From Chlorokybus atmophyticus (lineage: Eukaryota; Plantae; Mesostigma and Chlorokybus algae), in the NCBI GenBank assembly GCA_009103225.1, contig RHPI01002402.1:715412-779411 (forward strand): a stretch of DNA of 64,000 bases, read 5' to 3'. This document shows, one piece after another, positions 25,961 to 38,467 of this stretch (positions are counted from its first letter, which is position 1; every line of letters starts with the position of its first letter). The notes beneath the pieces are model-generated. The model was not told the origin of the DNA and ran no database searches. It was given only the letters and a program-made list of their open reading frames with translations. The position numbers and the translations under genes were made by a program.

Positions 25961-28900
25961 CAGATGGTTTGAACGCTCCATCAATCCCGGCGACGCCTTC
26001 CGCCGCGCAGACCCTCGACACCCATTGGCAGCAAACCCAACGCCCATGATGCTGACAATGTGGTTATGCTGCCAGAAACGTACTCAACAGCCGAAATAAA
26101 CTATGTGTGAGGCTTTCTTTTTCTTTAATTCCCGTACGCTGCGTTCTTCGCTCTTTTATGTGGGCATGGGCTTGCCATAGCTGTAGTAACTTAAGTTCAA
26201 GTACTCGATGCGGGCGCAAAAATAGACACCAACTGCAGCTGAGCACTACCGTTTGCACTTAGTCTGTCTCAGATTTGGCCAGGCCTTGTCTTTAGCCTGC
26301 CCTTCGTTATGAGTTGCTTTCAAAGTTTGCTGCAAGCCTGCGCCACCATGGTGTGAGTACCAATGCTTGAGCAAAGTTGGGCAGTGAAACTTTAAGACAC
26401 TATGGGCCTAATCATTGCTGCATTTGCCGTAAAGTTTGTTTGGGATAACATCAAAAGGTATCATTAGCATTGACAGCTTCATCACACTCCGCCAAGAGAC
26501 TTGCACCTGCTGCTAGACCACTTATCAGTGAAAGATGCACTGCAGCACGGTCGATGCTCAGCGGCTGAAGTCTTAGCTTGCGCACCACTCTTGGGGCAGC
26601 AGCCTGCTCCCCTTTGAGCTTTACATCATTTAGCCTTTTGCTTCAATTGTAAAACCGCCATATTCATCCAGTCTACAACTGTAATGTTACCATACCACCT
26701 ACTTACCTGCTGGTCGGCTTGGCAAACTTATGCACAAGCACTATGCACTTACAGATGGAAGTCCCACCAGCGTTGCCGGTGTAGCACGTAGGGGAGGTTG
26801 CAGCTCGGCACGCCAAACACACCCACGTGCACAACACCAAACCACAAGGGATAACGGGGAGAGCCCCTTCAATGGCCAACAACCAAGCACCCCACGAACA
26901 AGTGGTCCTCTTGTAAGGCAAATACATTAATGTCTTGATTCAAACTCACGAATGCAACTTAACATTTATACCACATGCTGCTCTCCCGACCTGGCACACA
27001 TGATGTCCAAGGCCATCTAGGCCTTGTCAGTATACGCTGACCTTGCCCTACATTAGAACTAACAAACTTGACCTTGGGAGTGTCAAACCACCTCGAGTAG
27101 GAGTAACATTTCCACCTCGGAACCACAAACTCAGGCTCCTTGCCAAGTGTACAGTGTACATGTGTACTTGCGGATTGCCCACATGCACTACTTGCCTTGC
27201 GATTGTCACACATGTGGCAAGACGCACTACCATAGTACACATTTTGTGCTTTGTCAAATTGGCTCACAATCTTGTGATTGTCACTTCGTGTGGCAACAAA
27301 GCACAATAACAAAGGCTCGCATGCCATAGGCATTGACTAGCTATGTGCTACCCCTCATTAATGCCTTGTGTAGCTTATCACACTCAAGGCTTTATAAGCT
27401 TACGAGCGGACCGCATGAGAGCACATGCTATAAGTACCTACACACGCTTATGAAATGAAAAATCCCACTTGGTGCCTTCTTACTAGTATCAGTAAGGGAC
27501 TGAAAATGACTTTTGCCAGCCTTATGGGCATGACAACGGTGCTTCACTACTTCAGTTAGCTTTTATGGATTTCGTGTGGCAGTTCCACATTGCTATTTGC
27601 AATAGACAATATGTAAAACAAAATACCAACACAACGAGGGGCATGCAGTGTACCAATATAAGGCTAACCACCCAGGGCCAGGTCTTTTCAACAACTTGGC
27701 TAATTATTGCAACTGAGCACTAGCATACTGTGATGGCACCCTCAGTACATGCAAGATAGCCGCTATCTTAACTACTCAATTGTCAAATAGAATCGTCACA
27801 GTAGGGGATGGTCCCAGGTCTTTCTCTTCAGAGCGAGCTTCCAAAGACACCCCCGTTAAGAAGCATGTCCTCCAGTCTTGCTTCGCACATCGCTCTCACC
27901 ATAGGTCACCATCTACTCAACATAGAGCAGGGGGAAGGCCTCTTGAACAGCTACGGCCATTGGCCTTGGCAAGCACCCGGGGGGTGCTTGGCCCTCACAT
28001 GGTGGTGAGCATGAGGAGCATGAGGAGCCCAATACTTGTCATAAGTATTGGGCTCCTGATGCTCCAGACAATTGGTGATTGCCTGGACATTGCCAGCAAC
28101 CTCTTAATATACCCATATTGCTGCCTTCTTACTTGGCCACGCATTGGCCGAGTAGCACCTTCTCAGCCAGCTGGTTAAGTGCCCGCAGCTCCACACGTGC
28201 TGACTGTCAAAGGGCCTCAGTCATTTGCTCCGCCGCCTTAAGATGTAGCACTATTAGTTAAGCACATCATTTAACTGCCTACTTGTCATGGAAGAGCACC
28301 CTTACGTGGATGATACCAACGCCGGGTTGTCCTCACACGAGGCAACAGATCATGTCACATCACATCATGTAACTGCGTACTGATTGGCCCTGTGCTAGCT
28401 CTTTTCAATACTCGTACAACTCTTGAGAGGGTAGTTGCAAACCGCAATCCACTGTGCATTGCACACAACCATCTAAGGATACTATAGCAAGCAGTACATG
28501 AGAACGAGTAAAGCCTTGTCTCTTAGGCGCAACAACCATGGCCCAGCATTGGGTATTGCTATGGGAGAACACACCGATTTAATCGGCTCTGGATTACAAC
28601 ATAGCTGCTATACTTTGCGTGCATGGGGGCGAACATTTGCATGCGTCAGCAATAGCAATGTTAAGGCTGAGCGTTTCCAAGCAAGATCTGACCACTTGGA
28701 GCCATTGCGCGTACCAACTGAGCGTCATCAATAAAGCGGTCATTATTGTCAATATATGAATGCACGCCACCATTGGCTTCAGCAGGACATGTCGTCATCG
28801 CTGTCGAGCTCCTGCAAAATTTCATTGCAACATAAGCCACGTCACCCTCCACGATTGCATACTGAGTAGTCGTTTGCAGCCATTTCACAAATGCTGCGCA

Positions 28901-29235
28901 GCCGATTTGCGATTAAAAGTGTAGATCCACCACAATTAGCACTGCCCGCGCTTGGCAGTGGCTAAGTTGTGGCTTTGCTTGGCAGGTAAGGGAGGTTTCG
29001 CAACTGCTTCGCCTGCCTACTACTACCTACTGCCCTCCTACCTTGTGGTGTTATGTTGGTGGTGGTGGTGTGGTGAATGTTACTTGTTTCAGCTCGTAGC
29101 GGCCCGGGCTAGCCCTTCGTGCTTGTTCGATGTCGCTATTTGCCTCCTACAATTGAATACGATCTTGAAGACAAGTTGGATGTCCTGTGTGCCGTTTTCT
29201 CTCACCATGCATCTTTATTTATGCATATGAATGGG

Positions 29236-29670
29236 CAACAAGCGCAACTGCTAATGGCCTGTGCTGCTCAAACGTTGCCTAAGCCACATGTGGTAAGACC
29301 CACATTCCTGGCGGCGCAACCATATGGCACCGACACCGCAATGGATAGCGCGGGGGCCAAGCATAAAAAGGCGTCATGTCAATCCGTCTTGCAATGGCTG
29401 CTGCTGCTGCCAAGGCCTAACCTCTGCACCCTTTCCCTCTCATTGCGCTCTGCAGGTGGTACCTCTATGACCGCTGTTCGCTTCCCCACACGTGCCTGCC
29501 TGCTGGTATTTGAGGGTCGTGGTTTGCTTATGTCCTAGCTACCATAACAGCTTTGCAACAGCTCTACCTTTGCCCTTATTGAATTATGTGCACTGTGCCG
29601 TGTCTTGCTGTGATTTGCATTGGGCCCCCAGATGAGTGAGTTGCTATTTTGCAACTCCTATGTATGCTAT
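29236..29670 (+). repeat. Degenerate ~440-bp direct repeat, copy 1 (copy 2 at 33200-33652)
   Basis: Collinear blocks such as gcaactgctaatggcctgtgctgctc, ggtaagacccaca, ctctacctttgccc, attgaattatgtgcactgtg and actcctatgtatgctat occur in both copies. Confidence 0.85.
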
Positions 29671-31511
29671 CTTACAAGCCCTGGACTCTGGTTGAGCCGC
29701 TGGTTTCTTCAAAGGGCCAGTGATCCCCATGCCAGGCCAGGCCCGGGGAAGGTCACCCAGTGCCATTGGTTTGTTCGTGTGCTTTGCTTGCCGCATTGCC
29801 AATGCGGCAAGCAACGGTGCTAACGGTTAGCACCGTTGCACATGTTGTAATGGGCCAAATAGAATTACAGTGTCATCGTATGCATAGGTTGAGTTTACAG
29901 GCTCCCTATCATGCCAAGCCAAGCGGACTAGCTGGAGCACAAGCGCCGCATATCACAAGTAAACACACATTGAAAGCTACCGGTGCTCAAGAAAGTCAGA
30001 GCTAAGTGCCAGTCGGTGCGTACTGTTGCAATTGATTGGCACTTGGATGAACATACACATGTCATTTATCATATGTTCTTGTCGCATAGTAGTAGAAAAT
30101 GCTATGTGGGACCAACAGGTAACACCGCCTTTGACAAGTGAAAACAACACGCCCGAGCCTCTGCTGAGCATCAACAGACATGAGGGCAACTGCAATTGAG
30201 AAAGCGATGTAGTGCACAAGTTTGCAAGCTTGGTCAACACTGCCAGTTAAACGTTTACCCCCTTACACATATACGAGATTGTGGCAACGCCGTGTGCGGG
30301 GTTGGATACAGATGCTGCAAACACATCAACCGCTATATTACAACCAGAAACAAAGGGGCTTTAAAAGGTGAAAGCCCCCACATAAACGTGCACGCATGGA
30401 AGTTTGTGTGCGTGTTGCATCAGTGGGTCAGAAGTTCGTGCCAGGCGGTTGGCGTACTTATACGTATCGTGACTACGAATGTCGTTTGCACAACTTGGCT
30501 GCACGTATGCATGAGGGCACATTTAACATGCAACAATTGCAGACATACAAGAAAAGGAACTTGTACAGCATGTTGAACTTGCTAACACAAACCCCAGCAC
30601 GTTTGCAACTGATAACAGTAAGAGCAGCATCTTTACAAGCTTGAGCCCTCAAGGTGTGCTCAAGCTGGCGGTACAAGCAACGTACAGACCATGACCACGG
30701 GGGGGAGCGAACCAACACTTGATAATACATTGTGAGTTTGCAAGTGCAACCGCTAATCTAATGGATCTGCCCCGTATTTTACAAAACCCGTTGCTGCTAT
30801 TGCACCTGCCGTGTGGCCTAACACTTGGAAGGCTCCATGCATCCACAAAAAATATAAAGAAACGCTGGGCCAGGTGGTATGTAACCGCTCTAGTGTTGCA
30901 CTTCGCATGGCAAGAGCAGCATGCAGAATTGAATGCTTAATGCATATGTGACCATGCACTTTGGTCATAAGTGCATCCAAATTGTGGTCACTTGTGACTA
31001 TGCACTCAGTTATTGTTGGTGCGCTCACTTTGGCAGCAGGTACAAAGTATCGCCCACCTGCTGCGTTGTATGGACACTTGTGTCAGTGCAATAAGTGGAG
31101 GGATATGCTAACAGTTGTTTAGAGCAATAGGGTTGCACATGACTGTACGATGCTTGGGCAAAGGCGGAAGTAGCTAAGGTTAAAGCGGTGGCAAGTACTA
31201 TGAACATCAACCACCAAGACACCACCACAGCCGCGACGTACACATCGTGTGACAAGCAGCTGGTCAGAGAATTTCACGATGCATTTATGCTTACGGAGGT
31301 GGGTAAGTGCGTCGGTTGTTTGCATTGCTGTGCAAATGGTATTACTTAACATTACTGCATGCTGAGTTTGACACACCCACGTATGAGCTGATTAGAGCAC
31401 AGAGAACAAGTGCAGGGCAGGCACAAGACGCTCTGCACCAATATGATGTATCCATCAACACCCAATGCAGCAGCCATGTTACCACATTTGTACCTCATTC
31501 TGAAGCTGCAC

Positions 31512-31680
<169 letters not shown>

Positions 31681-33199
31681 AACTGAGATATATATATTGC
31701 TGCCGCATTCAACACATCTTTGTCCACAGGCAGCATTTGGCTAAGTAGGGTGCGTAAAGTGTTATCATAATGATCTCCGGTGTTTGACCAGTTGTGGGCA
31801 AGTGTTGTGCAAGTACAAGGGGTGTCGGCAAGTTGGATCTTGTAGGACTCCACAAGAGTCGATCAACTGCGCATATAGTGGAACACAACACGCTCGGCAT
31901 AACAAAAGGCGGTTCCTGCCAGGTGACAGTGTGCGCATGGCATGCCATGACTTTACTGATTTCTACATGAACATTGGCCATGAAGATCTCAAGGCCTGCA
32001 TGTCAACTCTCGTGATTGAGTTGTTTGTGCATGCTGCAACTTTGTATATGGGTAATTCAGTGCTGAAATTAACATGCACGAAGAGTGTCGTGCAGCACCA
32101 ATGGGTACACTCATCACAACTCAGAGGGATACGACAAACGTCAAGGTCTACACGCCGGATTTTTTGGCTGTCATTGCCATTCATTTTGAGTAACTTGTCC
32201 GTCAGCACAGCAAGCGATTAGCTACACAAACCAAGCCATAGGAATCCGTATGAGCAACTATGCCGGTGTCTATCTTGCAGACTTCTGCTTGGGTTCCAAT
32301 GAACTGACTTTTGTGCATACCCTCAGGACTAAGGACACCATGAGCAACTACTCAGATGGTGTACCTCGGTATTGTGATACATAATAATGTCCTGGTGGTG
32401 AATGTACCCAAGTCAGTCATGTGTGTCAATGACACTATCTCAAGCGGGGGGGCATTTACCCACAGCACTCATTGACTCTCACTTAATATAATATGCACAT
32501 GGTACCTCCATTCACTTCCTTGACATGACTTTGTTTAAGACCCGAGAGGTGACTTTGTATTCCCGTGTTGATTGCAAAGTAAATAGGTCAGTTTGTAACT
32601 TTCCCAAGACGCAGAGTACCGCTGCCACAAAAAAACATATCAAGCTAAGCGGCATTGGGTGTGGTAATCTTGTGATATACATTTGTCAACGTATATGTCT
32701 CACTTTGTGGTTGACATTGTTGTCTGTAATAACGATGACGCAGCAAGGCTTTGCCAAGTATGCACTACCTTCTAAGCTGCGCAGGTGGATGTACAACCGG
32801 CGCGGAGTGGTGTATGATGGAGACTACATGTATCTGTTCAAGCTGGTGAGCGGGAGGGTCAACACAGTAGCAACAGCTACCACACCACCAACAAACGTGT
32901 GAGTGCAGGTGAGTAAAGGGTAAGTACTACTTACCCTCTAGTAAGTGTTCGTAAGTGTTAGTAAATGCAGAGAGCAATGAAAATTGCCGGCATGTATGTC
33001 AAGGTCACTGCTGCTATTTGAGGTTCAGAACTATGATATGTTGGGTTGTGATTCATGCTGCATTGCATGGTTGCTCATCTGCTAAGGGAAGACATGACTG
33101 TGAGTGCCAATTACAGTGGTCAACTTGCTCCGGACATTACCTTGTGACTGTTGTGAAATGCCAGGCGTACTGTTGCAAAACGCCTGCAGTCTGAGTGGC

Positions 33200-33652
33200 C
33201 AACAAGTGCAACTGCTAATGGCCTGTGCTGCTCGAACGTTGCCTAAACCACAGGTGGTAAGACCCACAGTCCTGACGGCGCAACTATATGGCACCGGCAC
33301 CGTGAAGGATGGCGTGGAGGCTAAGCATTTAACGTAAGCATTTAGCGTTTTGTCAGTCCGTCTTGCAGTGGCTGCTGCTGCTGAAGCCAATGCCTAACCT
33401 CTGCACTCCTTTCCTCTCCATACGCTCCGCAGGTGATACCCCTATGAGCGCTGTTCTCTTCCCTCCCCCTTCGGTGCATGCCTGCTGGTTATTGAGGGTC
33501 GTGTTTTGCTTGTGTCTTAGCTGCCGTAGCAGCTTTGCAACATCTCTACCTTTGCCCCCATTGAATTATGTGCACTGTGTGGTGGCTTGCTGTGAATTGC
33601 ATTGGGCCCCTAGACGAGTGAGTTGCTACTTTACAACTCCTATGTATGCTAT
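33200..33652 (+). repeat. Degenerate ~450-bp direct repeat, copy 2
   Basis: Same collinear blocks as 29236-29670, with indels. Confidence 0.85.
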
Positions 33653-35516
33653 AGATTGTATGCTATAGATTACGCATGAACCAGACAGCCCATTCCCCAC
33701 CTCTACGACAGGCAAAAGAGACGGCATCACGGCATCACGCACATTTCCGTATATTATCGACAACGGCAACAATAACGCTTGTCAATCGATTGACGCCAAC
33801 CAGGGGTGAACCGGTAGGTGTCGCCAAATCGGCATGCAGGGCCCCTCTGGTGCAAACACGGCGATACTGCTGGCGAAACCAGCATTGGCGAAACGTGGAG
33901 CAATTGCCGTTACACTGCTACAGACTGACTGGACAGTGTATTGTAGCCTACACTGTAGTCAGTACGAGGCGACAGATCCAACCTCACACTCCGACAATGT
34001 TGTACTTCACCTGGTCGCAATCACCGTGCGAACGGCTGGATCGCTGAGCATGGCATGACCGCATCCAGCACATGCTTTGTACCGCACAGTCCAGTGTGGG
34101 TACCATATAGTAGGTGCATGTCAGCGGCGACGCGAGGTCTCAGAGCGCGCTGAGCTATGCACTGTGCACCTTATTGGTAGGGCATTCCCTTCCAGTCTCC
34201 GGTCAATAGCATTGCGACCGCAGTTGATACTTCGTATCGGTTGCCAATCGACGCACGCCGCAAGCACAGCTTTGATCGCTGCAGCATGTGCGGCGACCAA
34301 AGCTGCGGTGACGGAGATGTGGGTCAATTGACCCCACACTCCTGCCTAAAAAGGTAACTTTCAACTCAAGCGCGGGTTCTTCCGCCGAAGCCCGCATCTG
34401 CTTCCAGCTACTTGAAGCGACATCCAAAAGGCACATGCATGCGATCAGCCACCTCCAGCTGCGCGTTGCAGGGGTACATGATGCTATATATCTACAAGTA
34501 CCCTATAGGTAGACCAGTCCTCATGCGATTCATTGATGTTTATGACTACATAAGACAGCACCTTGATATGAATATTGAATAAGTATTATTACAAATGCCC
34601 TTACCTGTACGAATGATTATACATGATTGCATGAGAGTGGGTTGGGCTTTCGTACCGCTAATCCCTGTCCCTTATTGAAAGGGCAATGTTCATCCGATCG
34701 GCCAATACCCGCATTGAATCTGCATAGATATGCCCGACATGCGATGTGCAAATCGAGGCAAAGATGTTGACAAGATGTTAACATCAGTCAACATCGGGTC
34801 CCCGGGATGTCGACATATCGGACATGATTCGCCGGTACAAGCCCCGAGGCCTAATGATCAGCCGGCGCGCAATTGTCCAAGCCTGAGTCCAGTGCATCAG
34901 CAACCTGCGGCATCAGCAACTCTGAGGTTTTTGTCTGAGGTTTGACATGACACAGTCTGAGCAGACGGCAGCAGACCATACGGGCACGCTCGGCCCGGTC
35001 ACCGCGGAGGCAGCGACGGAGGCGGCGACGTGCGCAAGGAGGTAAGGGATGGAGGAGGCGTGCGTGTGACCGTGTATGTGTGTAATTTTGCGTGGGGTCG
35101 TTGATTCTCGTCTCAGTGTATGGCGAAGCAGTGTGGTCGGGTTTGTTGGAGAGGAGGTCGTGAGGTTTGGGGCAGCTTGTGAGTGGGGGAAGGGCGTTCA
35201 GGCTGCTGACTGAGTGAGAATGGGAATGAGAGTGAGTGCAGGAGTGTGTGAGAGATTGTGGGTGTAAGTGGGTGAATGCGGGAGTCTGTGTGTGAGTGGC
35301 TCAAGGTGGTTGAGTGAGTGTCTGAGGCTGTGTGAGTGTGTCTGTCAGTCAGTCTGTGTGTTTGTCTGCATCTCTGCGTGGTATGTTCTCCCCCACCGCA
35401 GACGGCTTTGCATCTGTGAGTCCCGTCTACACACAGTCCCCAGGGTAGTAGTGAAGTATTAAGCATCAGAATGCATGCAGGGGTGTGAGGTTTTCCGCCG
35501 CCCGGGAAAAGGAGGG

Positions 35517-36016
35517 NNNNNNNNNNNNNNNNNNNNNNNNNNNNNNNNNNNNNNNNNNNNNNNNNNNNNNNNNNNNNNNNNNNNNNNNNNNNNNNNNNNN
35601 NNNNNNNNNNNNNNNNNNNNNNNNNNNNNNNNNNNNNNNNNNNNNNNNNNNNNNNNNNNNNNNNNNNNNNNNNNNNNNNNNNNNNNNNNNNNNNNNNNNN
35701 NNNNNNNNNNNNNNNNNNNNNNNNNNNNNNNNNNNNNNNNNNNNNNNNNNNNNNNNNNNNNNNNNNNNNNNNNNNNNNNNNNNNNNNNNNNNNNNNNNNN
35801 NNNNNNNNNNNNNNNNNNNNNNNNNNNNNNNNNNNNNNNNNNNNNNNNNNNNNNNNNNNNNNNNNNNNNNNNNNNNNNNNNNNNNNNNNNNNNNNNNNNN
35901 NNNNNNNNNNNNNNNNNNNNNNNNNNNNNNNNNNNNNNNNNNNNNNNNNNNNNNNNNNNNNNNNNNNNNNNNNNNNNNNNNNNNNNNNNNNNNNNNNNNN
36001 NNNNNNNNNNNNNNNN
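35517..36016. other. Assembly gap (N run) flanked by G-rich ends, within the F-box gene 5' intron
   Basis: N run directly visible. Confidence 0.95.
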
Positions 36017-36282
36017 GGGGGGGGGCGGGGAGGCATGCTGTTGGTGACAAGCGAGTGCAATGCAAGTCGCTGTACAGTCTGCTAGAACTGCTGTTTCCAG
36101 CTAGTGTGGGAGTGCGCCTGCTGCTGCAGTGTCAGCATGCAGTCAAATTGTATAAAGCCGAACACATGCTTATTCGTGTTGTTACTCACGTGTTGTTGTT
36201 AGTAGCCGTGTGTGTGTTCCCATCCCCGTGGAGGAGTAACTCTGTCTTGACATTGGTGACTATGCAGGATCTAAAGCCCGTC

Positions 36283-37887
36283 ATGGTGCCGGCTATGTGG
36301 TCAGCATTGTGCACAGAGGCTGCGAAAGGCAGAGACCAAACACTAGCCTTAACAGCCATGACAGCACCGCCAAACAACAACCCCAACCCCAATCCCAACA
36401 ACAACCGGTCAGTGCGCAGCAGGGAGACGCCAGCGGGGCCGTCTCCATCACCAACAATACCATCCTTCATGGCACGGGTAACGTCAACATCAGCATCATG
36501 TCTGGCATCATCATCATTGTCGCCACCACGGTCAACGTCAGCGGGGCTGGAGGCCGTGTCGGAAGACGTGTTGGCATTAATCATCACACACGCATTGGAG
36601 TGGCGTGAGGACACCACGCAGACATTCCACCGCTCTCCCACTATTTCTATCAACAACAAAACATCAGACGAGTACGAGTCATCCCCACCCTCTTTGGACC
36701 TCCCGCTGCAGAAGTCTCTTCAGATGGGTGGGGTGAGGACTCTTTGCCAGCTGGCGTGCGTGTCGAGGAAGTGGCGGCGCGTGTGCGCGCGGGCGTCGCT
36801 GTGGGAGCGCGTGACGTTTGATGGGGATGCGAGTCCTGCGGCGGTGAGAAGTGTTGGCGTGCGGTGCGCGCGGCTCGAGAGTCTGGATCTTGCGGGGATA
36901 TCGGAAGGCGTGCCCGAGGATGCCGGCAGCGAGGTGTTGGGAGACTATGCCGCAGCGTATGAGTGGCTAATGCGCGCGTGCGGACACACGCTCAGGCGCC
37001 TGAGAGTTGCAGACGCCAGCAATGTGTTCATACAGAGGCTGCTCTGGCTTGCCGGCCGCTATTGCCCCCACTTGCAGGTGCCTGTCGTGTGTCATGTGTG
37101 TTGGTGCGTGTGCGCGCACATATGTAACTGCATGGGTGTACGCGCACATGTCAGCGTGTAGAAACTTGCACGCATGCGCATACATGCGTGTGGCTCTTAA
37201 GCAAGGAAAGCACCTTGACGGTCTCTACTTGCAGGATGTGCAAGTGGTGTGCATGCCGGGGCGCGACACGGACGTGCTGGAGGCGCGGGACGGGTTCTGG
37301 AGTCTTGCGGCGGGGTGCAGGCGGGTGGTGTCGTTCTACACGTACAACGTGGAGTGGACGCCGGCGTACGTGTGCCTCATCGCCACCGCCTGGCCCGAAC
37401 TCGAGGCCGTCACCGTCTGCGGGGACACCATAACCCTGGGCGCGCTCCTCTACCTCCAACAATGCAGCAGACTACAGGCACGAGACCGTTGAATCTGCAC
37501 ACACTATCCCTGTAAGAAATCATGCCGCTGACCAACTGACTGTTGTGTCCAACACAGGTGTTGAATGTGAGGGACGTGTCGGCGAGGTTAGGGCAGGAGC
37601 TGTACGCTCACTGCGCCAGAGGCGGGTTCCTTCATGTTGGGTTGACGGAGCTCAGCGTGTTCGATGGGTCGGCGGAGCTATTTAATGACCTCGAGGCCTT
37701 TGTCGACACGTGTCCGAGCCTGAGACGCCTCGTGCTCGCGCGCCCCGAGGAAGAGGACGAGAGCGTGGAGGAGGAGGGTGATGGTGATGCGGCTGCCGCC
37801 CCCATGGAGTGGCGCTCCAGCCTGCCGCAGGCCCTGCTGGACAAACTAAAGAATAGAGGCATCGCGTTGGAGACGCGCTTTATGTGA
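36283..37887 (+). CDS. F-box/LRR-like protein; probable non-coding first exon ends at 35040
   Basis: F-box-like LEAVSEDVLALIITH ... LCQLACVSRKWRRVCARASLWERVTF; LRR-like CARLESLDL, YCPHLQ, WPELEAVTV, CPSLRRLVL; stop at 37887. Start codon is uncertain. Confidence 0.75.
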
Positions 37888-38467
37888 TGCGGGTCGGTTA
37901 GCACGCTACCGTGTCATCATCAATTATACACCTGGTGAGGTGCAGAGAGGAAAACCATGTGGTGGAGCATCTGGTCATCTGGAGGCAACCAGGCTTTGGC
38001 TCAAAAGTACACCTTCAGTACTGTGATGCTTGCTGCATACTTGCTGGGCACCTGCCATGACCCGAGCTGATGGGCCACCAAAGGATGTTTCGCGAGGGAA
38101 GGACACTGCCGTCAAGCCATTCAATAGGTTAATTAGATGCCTTTCTAGTGTACAGCAACAGCAGTTGCTTGTTGCTGTAGTTGCTTGTTGCAGGTTTTGC
38201 CATTCCACGCACTGTATAGCGAATTGACACTCATTCAACATGGCTTGCGCATTGCACAGTGCAATATGCCACATTCCCTTTACTGTGCATGCTGGTCATA
38301 CAGCAAAACAGTCATTCCTTGAGTCACTGCAGTAAAGTCAACAATCAGAGTAAACCGGGGATGATTGATGCAACGGGCCTTTAAGCCTCACCAGGGGTGA
38401 GAGACGCATCTACATCAACACCCAACACACATCCGCAAGCTGTATGTGCCCTTTGACGTCACGCACA

